A stretch of DNA of 53,444 nt from Alphaproteobacteria bacterium (GTDB lineage Bacteria; Pseudomonadota; Alphaproteobacteria; UBA9219), in NCBI GenBank assembly GCA_028692635.1, contig JAQUWX010000002.1, positions 1 through 53,444 of the forward strand, given 5' to 3'. The notes below the pieces were generated by a model that searched no databases, was not told where the DNA came from, and saw only the letters and a program-made list of their open reading frames with translations. How positions within the stretch are numbered: the first letter of the stretch is position 1; each line of letters opens with the position of its first letter. Both the position numbers and the translations under genes were made by a program. This document shows positions 43,918-52,939 of the stretch, piece after piece.

Positions 43918-44208
43918 ATGAATCAGACCCTAAAAATACTTTCGGCTCTCGCTGAACCGACCCGCTTTGAAGCTGTGCGCCTTATGTGGGACGGACAGGA
44001 GCATTGCGTATGCGAATTGATGGAGGTGCTGAACAAGGGCCAATCCACCATGTCACGCCATATGACCGCTCTTAAAAAAGCCGGCCTCGTCGTGGATCGG
44101 CGCGATGCCCAATGGGTACGCTATAGCCGCAATCCTACGTTATCGAAGCAAATCATTGCGCTTATTGAGTCCGCCCTTAGCCTTGAAAAGCCATCCAAAA
44201 GGAAATAA
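43918..44208 (+). CDS. ArsR/SmtB-family metalloregulator
   Basis: HCVCELMEVLNKGQSTMSRHMTALKKAGLV. Confidence 0.9.
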   Translation: MNQTLKILSALAEPTRFEAVRLMWDGQEHCVCELMEVLNKGQSTMSRHMTALKKAGLVVDRRDAQWVRYSRNPTLSKQIIALIESALSLEKPSKRK

Positions 44209-44210
44209 CC

Positions 44211-45284
44211 ATGAAATGCCAATGCCAGTCCGAGGCCGCTGTTGTCGAAGAACCAGCCAGCAAAAATTCTCCGTCTTTATGGATCATTGGCACACTCATC
44301 GGGATTGCGCTTTGGTTTGTCCTGTATAATGAACTCATCCCCTTTTCGGAATGGATTGTTTCGCTGCTCCCCATCGAAAAGGGAACGCATCTGACCGAGG
44401 CGGTTACCTTTTTCTTTTATGATACGCCCAAGGTTCTGATGCTTCTCACGCTCGTCGTGTTCGTGATGGGCGTTATCCGCAGTTTCTTTTCACCTGAACG
44501 CACCCGCGCCATGCTGGCAGGCAAAAACGAAGGACTTGGCAATATCGCCGCCGCTTGTCTTGGGATTGTCACACCCTTTTGTTCATGCTCAGCTGTTCCC
44601 TTGTTCATCGGATTTGTTTCGGCAGGCGTCCCCCTTGGCGTAACGTTTTCGTTTTTGATTTCCGCGCCGATGGTCAATGAAGTTGCGCTCGGCCTTTTAT
44701 TCGGTCTTGTCGGATGGAAAGTGGCTGCTGCGTATCTCGCTTTTGGTCTTGGTGTCGCCATTGTAGCGGGCTGGGTGATCGGACGTTTCCACCTTGAAGA
44801 CTGGCTTGAAGATTGGGTGCGGAATGCCCGCGCTGGAGCCGTCACATTGCCGTCCGAGAAACTGACTTCCGTTGACCGCATCAAGGAAGGCCTTGCAGCC
44901 GTTCGCGAAATCGTCGGCAAAGTCTGGCCGTGGATGATCGCAGGTATTGCAGCGGGAGCCTTCATTCATGGTTATGCGCCAGCCGAACTTTTGGCTTCGA
45001 TCATGGGCAAGAATACATGGTGGTCGGTTCCTGCGGCCGTTGTCGTTGGTGTACCCATGTATTCCAATGCGGCAGGCATCATCCCCGTTGTCGAGGCGCT
45101 TCTCGGCAAAGGAGCTGCACTCGGAACGGTGCTTGCTTTTATGATGTCTGTGATCGCGCTTTCTCTTCCCGAAGCCATCATCCTGCGCAAGGTGTTATCA
45201 CTAAGGTTGATCCTTGTTTATTTTGGAGTTGTGGCCTGTGGCATTCTGGCGGTTGGCTACCTCTTTAACGCCTTCTTTGTGTGA
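44211..45284 (+). CDS. permease of the UPF0718 / ArsP-like family
   Basis: 357 aa with about 8-10 TM helices. Characteristic TPFCSCSAVPLFIG motif. Confidence 0.75.
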   Translation: MKCQCQSEAAVVEEPASKNSPSLWIIGTLIGIALWFVLYNELIPFSEWIVSLLPIEKGTHLTEAVTFFFYDTPKVLMLLTLVVFVMGVIRSFFSPERTRAMLAGKNEGLGNIAAACLGIVTPFCSCSAVPLFIGFVSAGVPLGVTFSFLISAPMVNEVALGLLFGLVGWKVAAAYLAFGLGVAIVAGWVIGRFHLEDWLEDWVRNARAGAVTLPSEKLTSVDRIKEGLAAVREIVGKVWPWMIAGIAAGAFIHGYAPAELLASIMGKNTWWSVPAAVVVGVPMYSNAAGIIPVVEALLGKGAALGTVLAFMMSVIALSLPEAIILRKVLSLRLILVYFGVVACGILAVGYLFNAFFV

Positions 45285-46201
45285 GCGCCTTTATGCACAC
45301 ACACGATCATACGCACCAACAGAAAAAGGATTTGAATGCCGCCTTCAAATGGGCCGTGGCTCTCAATGCTGGCTATGTACTAGTCGAGGCCGGATCAGGT
45401 CTCATATCCGGTTCACTCGCCTTGTTGGCTGATGCCGCTCATAATTTGACGGATGTTGCGGGCCTGTTTATGGCATGGGGCGCTGTTGTAGCGGCCAAAC
45501 GTCCGGCCAATGGCCGTTTCACTTATGGCTATGGCCGTGCCACCATCCTCGCGGCCTTAGTCAATGCCATCGTTATCATGCTAGGCGTTGGGGCTGTGGT
45601 CTGGGAAGCTGTTCACCGCTTTTCACAACCTGTTGATGTCTCGGCAGAGTTTGTCATGGGCATTGCCGCGCTGGGCATTTTTGTGAATGCGGGAACAGCG
45701 CTTTTGTTCCGTACAGAACGCCACGATGACCTGAATGCCGAAGGCGCGTTCTTGCACATGATGACGGATGCCGCCGTATCGCTTGGCGTTGTTCTTAGCG
45801 GTGTTGTTGTTTTCTTTACAGGCTGGTCGTTGGTCGATCCCATCGTTGCGATTGCCGTCAGCCTTATGGTTGCCGTGGCGACATACAGTCTCTTGAAATC
45901 CTCCCTTCACCTGACATTGGACGGCGTTCCCGCGTCTGTGGATCGTGAAGCCGTCAAAGCATGGCTTGGAAAGCAAACAGGCGTCGAAGCAGTTCACGAT
46001 CTACATATTTGGGCACTTAGCACGACTAAAAACGCGCTGACCGCGCACCTCATCATGCCGGAAGGCAACCCGAATGAGGGATTTCTGGCATACCTCACCG
46101 AAGAACTGGGGGAGCATTTTAACATCCACCACGCGACGTTTCAGATTGAGCCGTCGTTATCAGGGTGCTGCCTGTGCAGCCCCAATAAACAACAGAAATG
46201 A
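45281..46201 (+). CDS. cation diffusion facilitator (CDF) metal efflux transporter, CzcD-like
   Basis: His-rich N-terminus. LADAAHNLTD and HMMTDAAVS metal-site motifs. C-terminal cytoplasmic domain. Alternative ATG at 45293. Confidence 0.85.
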   Translation: MSAFMHTHDHTHQQKKDLNAAFKWAVALNAGYVLVEAGSGLISGSLALLADAAHNLTDVAGLFMAWGAVVAAKRPANGRFTYGYGRATILAALVNAIVIMLGVGAVVWEAVHRFSQPVDVSAEFVMGIAALGIFVNAGTALLFRTERHDDLNAEGAFLHMMTDAAVSLGVVLSGVVVFFTGWSLVDPIVAIAVSLMVAVATYSLLKSSLHLTLDGVPASVDREAVKAWLGKQTGVEAVHDLHIWALSTTKNALTAHLIMPEGNPNEGFLAYLTEELGEHFNIHHATFQIEPSLSGCCLCSPNKQQK

Positions 46202-46212
46202 AAGTAATACTC

Positions 46213-46455
46213 ATGAAAATCCAAATCCTCGGCACAGGGTGCCCCAAATGCAAGGCGTTAACCGAAGCAACCGAACATGCCGCCAAAGACCTTGGCGTTG
46301 CTTATGAAATTGAAAAGGTTACAGACATTGAGAAAATCATGTCATTTGGTGTCATGATGACCCCTGCGCTCGTCGTTGGTGGCGAGGTAAAGATTGTCGG
46401 CAAGATCCCTGCTGCTGAAGAAATGAAAAAACTTCTTTCTAGCGAGGCGAAATAA
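46213..46455 (+). CDS. small thioredoxin-fold protein (redox-active disulfide protein 2 type)
   Basis: MKIQILGTGCPKC...MTPALVVGGEV. The track start at 46198 is an alternative. Confidence 0.8.
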   Translation: MKIQILGTGCPKCKALTEATEHAAKDLGVAYEIEKVTDIEKIMSFGVMMTPALVVGGEVKIVGKIPAAEEMKKLLSSEAK

Positions 46456-46854
46456 ATGAACGACGAAACAACAAAATGCGCATGCAGCTGTTCGGCTGCG
46501 CCAACCTTGATCTTCTCCTGCTCCGGCGCTGCCGATGTAGGTGAGTTGTCTGATCGTGCGGCTCGTCAATTAACCCGTGATGACAAAGGCAAGATGTTTT
46601 GCCTTGCGGGCATTGGTGGGCGCGTCAGCGGCATCATGAAATCAACCGAAACCGCTGAAGCCGTTCTTGCGATTGACGGGTGCCCTTTGCATTGCGCCAA
46701 AAATTGCTTAGAGCAAGCGGGCTTCAAGAACTTCAAACATATCGAAATCACGGCTCTTGGCTTTACAAAAGGCAAAACGCCTGTAACGGATGAAGCCGTA
46801 ATGACCGTGACCGATGAAGCTAAAAAACACTTATCCCAAGAAACCTGTTCATAA
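46456..46854 (+). CDS. DGC-domain putative zinc-binding protein
   Basis: Cys-rich N-terminus CACSCS...FSCSGAADVG and the AIDGCPLHC signature. Confidence 0.7.
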   Translation: MNDETTKCACSCSAAPTLIFSCSGAADVGELSDRAARQLTRDDKGKMFCLAGIGGRVSGIMKSTETAEAVLAIDGCPLHCAKNCLEQAGFKNFKHIEITALGFTKGKTPVTDEAVMTVTDEAKKHLSQETCS

Positions 46855-46977
46855 ATATCAAGAAGATTGCCACCACTTTCCTTATCCTTTTTATTGTTGC
46901 CGGCGTTGGCACCATCGTCGCCAAGGAAAGAAACGCGCAACCAGCGCCACAAACCGCAATAACGGCTATCTCGGAAA

Positions 46978-47244
46978 TTGTCGCAGCGCCAATGGAAGAA
47001 CTATTACTTCCACGACAACTACGGGCTGCTTGGCGTCGTTTTGGTCAGCAGCCTTCTTCCGCACCTATCTGAACACGACGTCAGTCTGGCAATCTGTGGA
47101 GGCATGGGACCACGTGCGCTGGAACTATTTGAGCAAAGAAAGATTAAAATCATAACCGGCGCACCGATTGAAGCACCAGAAGACTTAGTCGCAGCTCATT
47201 TTGCCGATAAACTGAAGACAACCGTAAACAGTTGCAATCACTAG
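46978..47244 (+). pseudogene. truncated NifX-like paralog (C-terminal half only)
   Basis: LAICGGMGPRALELFEQRKIKIITGAPIEAPEDLVAAHFADKLKTTVNSCNH is collinear with the C-terminus of 41929-42264. The expected N-terminal MKIAIP...HFG segment is not in frame. Confidence 0.5.
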
Positions 47245-47385
47245 ATAGTTTTGTCAGGACCACATCCATAAAAAATTGCAAGCAATCGACAAACTTGATT
47301 GCAAATCCATACAATAAGGAGCTGCAGAATTTCTGCCGCCCTATTTTTATGACCACAATGCGTTATAAGAACGAGTAGAATTTAT

Positions 47386-49701
47386 ATGGCAAATCAATTG
47401 AGTTGGCTTGAAGATAAAAAGATATTAAAAGTAGAAAACATATCTAATGGAGGACTCGTCGAGGTGAAACTTCTTGTTCGATTTGGACTACCCCTCATCG
47501 CCACAATTATATTGACAGCATTTGCGCTGATCCCGTTTGCGGAAAAGATAACCACAGAGTGGTTTATTGCAGACGTTCGCATGCGCTCACAACTGATCTT
47601 TTCTTCGATTGAAGACAATGTCAGGGAAGCTCTACAACTAAAGAACAGTTCGCGGATTCAAAGTCTGTTTTCCAGAGTAGCGGAAGATAAACGCGTTATC
47701 GGATTGGCCTATTGCGGCTCAGAAAAAACGCCAATTTACAAGAGCAAAGCATTTCCCGAGGATTACAGTTGCGACCAAAATCTGATTAAAGAGAAAGAGG
47801 CATTCGATCCTCTTTATTTAAAGGGCGGCAGCGTTTTGATTGCGAATTTTCCCCTTATCTTAGGCGCTGGAGAAGATGGTCACAAGATTGTTATAGCGCA
47901 CGATCTTTCTTTCATTGATCGTCGAGAAGAAACAACAACGCAGTATGCAGCAATTTTCTTATTTGTTGTCTGTGGCGTTGTAACGCTTATTACGGTCCTT
48001 GTTGCGCGCATCACTCTTTCCGGATGGACCAGAGCAATAAGGGATTATCTGCAAAGAGGCGTTTCTCCGAAAGGCATATCGAGGGATATAATTCCTTTGA
48101 TACGAGACATACAAAAAGAGCTGCGAGGACTAGAAAAAGAATATTTAAGGCAAAGACAGGAGGATGCTGTCTGGACTGACAAAAATTTGCAGAGTCTTAT
48201 TCAAGAAAGTTTTCCATCAACGCAAGTTCTCGTAGCATCCTTCAGAGAACCAATTACCCATTGCCGTGATGACAAAGGATCCATCACAGAAAAAAGGAAT
48301 GTTAACGGTCTAGTCACGGCCATGGAACCTGTGGTTAAGGCATGCTCCGGCACATGGATAGCGATTGGCATTGGACAATCTGATGGAAAGCTTGATCGCG
48401 TTAAGATTGAAGAATTTGGCAAGCATTATTTCTTAAAAAGGATTCGTCAGTCGAGCAGCGATTACGAAAGCTTTTATCATGGCATTTGTTCCGGCGGGAT
48501 ATACCCGCTTTGTTGCAGCATGGGTTATATAAAGCCACATTTCTGCGAAAGGGATTGGCTGGTTTATATAAAAACAAACCAAATGTATGCCGATGCTATA
48601 ATTGAGGAGGCGCAAACTGAATCACCGATTGTTCTTGTTCAAGATTATCAACTTGCGCTTGTTCCCAGAATGGTGAAAGAGAAGTTGCCGAAGGCCATTG
48701 TTGTTACCTACTGGCACATTCCTTGGCCCAACAGCGAGATATTTAGTATTTTACCATGGGGGAAGGATTTCTTGGACGGAATTTTAGCCAGCGATATTAT
48801 TGGAATGCAAACAGCATATATGTGCAATAACTTTTTTGATGTAGTTCGAGCAAATCTTGAAGCTCGCGTTGATATGGAAATGGATTCGGTGGAACGTTTT
48901 GGTCACCACTGTCTTATTCGAGCATATCCTGTATCAATAGAGTGGCCCCTAGAAAGGCTTTCGCAAATTGAGCCTACAGATATTTGTCGCAAAAACCTAA
49001 GAGAAGAACTTGGCATTCCACTTCAGAACAAAGTATTTCTAGGCGTTGAACGCATGGATTTTGTAAAGGGGATTCCGGAAAGGCTGTCAGCATTTCATAC
49101 CCTTTTGAGGGAAAAGAAAGAGTTGCATGGGAAAGTTAATTTTATTCAAATTGCAGCCCTTTCTCCTCGCAAAGACCTTGGTGTCTACACGCAAACGGCG
49201 CATGATGTTCAACGCATATGCACAGAAATAAACCAAGAATTTGCGACAAAAGATTGGACGCCTGTCTATCTCCGCATGGAGAACCATTCGAAAGAAGATA
49301 TATATCGCCTGTATCGCGCAACCGATATTTGTGTAGTATCCTCTCTACACGATGGGATGAACCTTGTTGCAAAAGAGTTCATTGCAGCTAGGGATGATGA
49401 ATTAGGCGTGGTCATAATAAGTCGATTTGCTGGAGCCGTGAAGGAACTACCTCACAGCATCCCCGTCAATCCGCACGATGAAAGAGACTTTGTAACAGCT
49501 TTTCTTACAGCACTTAACGTTCCGGAAAACATTCAAAAAGAACACATGCATTCTATGCGTGAGCACTTAAAACACAACAATGTATTTCGCTGGGCAGGAA
49601 AAATTCTTGCAGACGCAGCGATCTTGCACAAAAAGCAACAACTCACAGCACTTGTAGTAAATCCAGACCAGACCGATAGAGACAGTGCTTTAGAATTATG
49701 A
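47386..49701 (+). CDS. otsA: trehalose-6-phosphate synthase (GT20) fused to an N-terminal two-TM extracytoplasmic domain
   Basis: 771 aa. GT20 hallmarks VQDYQLALVP, YWHIPWP and LHDGMNLVAKEF. TM helices at about aa 33-52 and 188-210. Confidence 0.8.
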   Translation: MANQLSWLEDKKILKVENISNGGLVEVKLLVRFGLPLIATIILTAFALIPFAEKITTEWFIADVRMRSQLIFSSIEDNVREALQLKNSSRIQSLFSRVAEDKRVIGLAYCGSEKTPIYKSKAFPEDYSCDQNLIKEKEAFDPLYLKGGSVLIANFPLILGAGEDGHKIVIAHDLSFIDRREETTTQYAAIFLFVVCGVVTLITVLVARITLSGWTRAIRDYLQRGVSPKGISRDIIPLIRDIQKELRGLEKEYLRQRQEDAVWTDKNLQSLIQESFPSTQVLVASFREPITHCRDDKGSITEKRNVNGLVTAMEPVVKACSGTWIAIGIGQSDGKLDRVKIEEFGKHYFLKRIRQSSSDYESFYHGICSGGIYPLCCSMGYIKPHFCERDWLVYIKTNQMYADAIIEEAQTESPIVLVQDYQLALVPRMVKEKLPKAIVVTYWHIPWPNSEIFSILPWGKDFLDGILASDIIGMQTAYMCNNFFDVVRANLEARVDMEMDSVERFGHHCLIRAYPVSIEWPLERLSQIEPTDICRKNLREELGIPLQNKVFLGVERMDFVKGIPERLSAFHTLLREKKELHGKVNFIQIAALSPRKDLGVYTQTAHDVQRICTEINQEFATKDWTPVYLRMENHSKEDIYRLYRATDICVVSSLHDGMNLVAKEFIAARDDELGVVIISRFAGAVKELPHSIPVNPHDERDFVTAFLTALNVPENIQKEHMHSMREHLKHNNVFRWAGKILADAAILHKKQQLTALVVNPDQTDRDSALEL

Positions 49702-49713
49702 TAGAGATTAATA

Positions 49714-50748
49714 ATGCTAAAAAAAATGAAGATAGCCCTTGTCGCCCCTCTATATGTAGCGGTACCTCCTAATGGGTATGGAGGGATAGAACGCGACGTC
49801 CACTACTTGGCACAAGAGCTATCGACGATGGGACACGATGTAACGGTTTTTTGTTCAGGAGACTCGAAAACTGCAGGAACCATTCACGCCAGCATTCCCA
49901 AAGCAATGGGATTAAATCCGTCTTATTTTGTTCCAGTCAGGGATCACTCGCGTCAAATGCTGGATATCTTAAAAGAGCAGGATCGTTTTGATATTATCAA
50001 TTTTCATTGCAATCATATTCAATACTTGATTGAAAACTTACTACGCGTACCTTACGTCACGACATTGCATATACATCCGTTAGAGGATTCTTTTCACAAG
50101 GACTACTGCCATAGACATCCATACATAGCCATCTCTGAAACCCAGCGATCCTTTGCTCCGGAATTTAACTGGATGGGAACGGCGTTAAATGGAAAACCTA
50201 AGAATCTCTATTTTCCCTGCTACAATGAAGGAAAGTATTTGGCCTTTCTAGGCAGTTTTGTTCCGGAAAAAGGTCCTCATATAGCGATAGACATTGCAAA
50301 AGCATCCGGTCTTCCATTGCGTATAGGTGCGAAGATATACCCCGATCATAGGGAGTATTTCGAGTCCAAGATAGAGCCAGAACTTGGCAAAAACGGCATT
50401 GAATATCTCGGAGAAATCAATAATGCGGAGAAACAGGATTTATTGGCCGGAGCTAAAGCGCTTTTATTTCCTATTAGTTGGGATGAACCTTTTGGTTTGG
50501 TAATGATTGAAGCCATGGCCTGTGGTACGCCTGTGATTGGATTCAATAGAGGCGCTGTGGCGGAAATTGTAAGAGATGGACAAAGCGGTTTTGTTGTTGC
50601 AAACAAAGAAGCCGCCTTGCATGCTTTATCACAGCTTAATAAATTGGATCGCCGGATTGTCCGAAAGAATTTTGAAGAAAGATTTTCGTCTGAAAGGATG
50701 GCCCTTTCTCATCTAACCGTCTATCATAGGATAATATCTCAAAAATGA
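49714..50748 (+). CDS. GT4-family (GT-B) glycosyltransferase
   Basis: EPFGLVMIEAMACGTPVIG plus an N-terminal GG(I/V) loop YGGIERDV. Confidence 0.85.
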   Translation: MLKKMKIALVAPLYVAVPPNGYGGIERDVHYLAQELSTMGHDVTVFCSGDSKTAGTIHASIPKAMGLNPSYFVPVRDHSRQMLDILKEQDRFDIINFHCNHIQYLIENLLRVPYVTTLHIHPLEDSFHKDYCHRHPYIAISETQRSFAPEFNWMGTALNGKPKNLYFPCYNEGKYLAFLGSFVPEKGPHIAIDIAKASGLPLRIGAKIYPDHREYFESKIEPELGKNGIEYLGEINNAEKQDLLAGAKALLFPISWDEPFGLVMIEAMACGTPVIGFNRGAVAEIVRDGQSGFVVANKEAALHALSQLNKLDRRIVRKNFEERFSSERMALSHLTVYHRIISQK

Positions 50749-51467
50749 TGTCTATAACATTTCCTCCTAATTCCATATTCTTTTTGGACTTTGATGACAC
50801 ACTCATCGAGCCTCAACCGGATCCTACATGTTTTGACATACCCGAAGATCTTAGAACGACTATTAGGGAATTGTCCCAGAACACAAAAATACACTTTGCA
50901 CTTGTTACAGGACGTAGTGTTGACCAAATTGATAGGTTTTTTAGTCCATTTCTGTGTCCTATTATTGGTTGCCATGGGTGTGAGGAACGATTGAATCCGA
51001 AGGATATTCCGATCGCAGCGCATAATGAAATTCCCGAAGGATTACATTCAGAGATTGAAAAGATTGTTCAGCGTTATCCTAATTGTTTAATTGAAGACAA
51101 ATACTTCACTTTTGCAGTTCATTTACCAGATCCAGGCCTAACTCTCCTTAAAAAGGACATCAACGATCTGTTAAAGAATCAAGCAAGCAACTATTATCTT
51201 GCACATTATGGTACGTGTCTTGAGGTAAGGCCAAACGATATAACCAAGGGTGATATTTTAGCTAGATTGATTAGCCGCGGCGGCAAGTTTTATGGGCTAA
51301 AGCCCGTCTATATCGGGAATGATGCAGAAAGCGACTTATCTTTAAAAATCATTCTTCAATTTGACGGAACGCTTATTCCTGTTGGGCCGGCCTACGCCAA
51401 CCGCAAAATTGGCTTTTCATCTCCAGCAGAAGCAAGGCTCTTTCTGCGCACAATTGCCCAAAGATAG
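50745..51467 (+). CDS. otsB: trehalose-phosphate phosphatase (HAD superfamily)
   Basis: FLDFDDTL (DxDxT), VTGRS, and a GDD-like YIGNDAESD motif. ATGA overlap with the GT4 gene. Confidence 0.75.
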   Translation: MMSITFPPNSIFFLDFDDTLIEPQPDPTCFDIPEDLRTTIRELSQNTKIHFALVTGRSVDQIDRFFSPFLCPIIGCHGCEERLNPKDIPIAAHNEIPEGLHSEIEKIVQRYPNCLIEDKYFTFAVHLPDPGLTLLKKDINDLLKNQASNYYLAHYGTCLEVRPNDITKGDILARLISRGGKFYGLKPVYIGNDAESDLSLKIILQFDGTLIPVGPAYANRKIGFSSPAEARLFLRTIAQR

Positions 51468-51561
51468 ATTTTATTTCTATTCCTGTTGCTCGCCATTAGC
51501 CAAACGTCTATCTTATACTCGTTGAATGCCTTCTTAATTATAAGATGATTGCAGGGGTGAT

Positions 51562-52917
51562 ATGCTTCAAACAGCGTCATGGATTGGCCCTACCATTTTG
51601 ATCGTATTTGCATGTGCTTATACGCTTGTTTTCCTTGAGGAAAAAATTCATTTACGAAAATCAAAACCAGTCATGGCTGCTGCTGGATTGATTTGGATTC
51701 TTGTCGCCCTTGCTTATCAACAGAACGGGCAATCGCATGAAGTCGCAGAAAGACTTAGGGACGTTCTCTTAGAATATGCCGAATTATTTCTATTTCTCCT
51801 ATCCGCTATGAGTTTTGTTAACACTATGGTTGAACGCAATGTTTTTGAATCTCTTCGCACTAGGCTAATGGCGTCTCAACTTTCTGTTCGAGGCATATAT
51901 TGGATAACTGGCATTGTTTCGTTTTTTCTTTCTCCGATAGCCGATAATCTTACAACGGCACTTGTTATGGGAACGGTTGTATTGTCGACTCTTGGGAAGA
52001 ACAAGAAAGTTGCAGCTGGAGCTTTGGTAAACGTAGTGGTGGCCGCTAATGCAGGCGGAGCTTTTTCTCCTTTTGGGGACATAACAACCTTGATGATCTG
52101 GCAAAAAGGTGTTGTGGATTTTGGACAATTCTTTGCGCTTTTTGTACCGGCATTAGTAAATTGGCTTATCCCCGCGACAATTATAGCCTTCACATTGCCC
52201 AAGAAACAATCCGATGTAACAAACATTATCGCACCTGTTCATAAGGGTGGCTATGTGGTTGTTGGGTTGTTTCTTTCAACGATAGCAACAACTGTTTTTT
52301 TAGATCATTATATGAATCTTCCCCCGTTTCTCGGCATGATGATGGGATTGGGTGCATTGAATATTTATGGTTACTTTCTCAACAGCGCCGAAACGCGTAT
52401 GCTCAAAAAATCCCCAACATTAGACGTGTCTGGAACGAATGATGGCGAGCATTGGCCAATTCGGAAGCCTTTTGATATTTTTGGAGTTTTGGAGAAAGTT
52501 GAGTGGGATACTCTCTTATTCTTCTACGGAATCATGCTTTGTGTAGGAGGCGTTGGTGCAATTGGATATCTTGAGGGTCTATCGAAATTTCTCTACACGG
52601 ATCTAGGAAGCACAACCGCAAACATCCTTATCGGGCTTTTATCTGCTATTGTTGATAACATCCCCTTGACCTTTGCCGTCCTGACTATGAATCCTCAAAT
52701 GGACTTGGGTCAATGGCTTCTAATAACGCTAACGGCAGGTGTTGGAGGATCCCTTTTGTCGATTGGCTCTGCAGCAGGCGTCGCTCTTATGGGAATTGGT
52801 AGAGGGATATATACCTTCATGGCGCATCTAAAATGGGCTTGGGCAATCTTAATAGGTTACATGGGGAGCATTGTAGTTCATATTATTATAAACAATGGTC
52901 TTTTTACCAAGCAATAG
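51562..52917 (+). CDS. NhaD/ArsB-type ion transporter (putative Na+/H+ antiporter)
   Basis: 451 aa with about 11-12 TM helices. The overall pattern resembles NhaD. Assigned by recollection only. Confidence 0.55.
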   Translation: MLQTASWIGPTILIVFACAYTLVFLEEKIHLRKSKPVMAAAGLIWILVALAYQQNGQSHEVAERLRDVLLEYAELFLFLLSAMSFVNTMVERNVFESLRTRLMASQLSVRGIYWITGIVSFFLSPIADNLTTALVMGTVVLSTLGKNKKVAAGALVNVVVAANAGGAFSPFGDITTLMIWQKGVVDFGQFFALFVPALVNWLIPATIIAFTLPKKQSDVTNIIAPVHKGGYVVVGLFLSTIATTVFLDHYMNLPPFLGMMMGLGALNIYGYFLNSAETRMLKKSPTLDVSGTNDGEHWPIRKPFDIFGVLEKVEWDTLLFFYGIMLCVGGVGAIGYLEGLSKFLYTDLGSTTANILIGLLSAIVDNIPLTFAVLTMNPQMDLGQWLLITLTAGVGGSLLSIGSAAGVALMGIGRGIYTFMAHLKWAWAILIGYMGSIVVHIIINNGLFTKQ

Positions 52918-52939
52918 TCTACTCGTAGTTTTTTCTTGC

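Noticed and set aside
46814-47155. A 113-aa plus-strand ORF between the DGC gene and the NifX-like fragment.
   Set aside because: It overlaps the end of the DGC gene, and its translation is His/Arg/Thr-rich with no motif. Another frame of the same DNA shows a TM-like segment without a start codon, and the third frame carries the NifX-like C-terminus. The region looks like decayed coding DNA.
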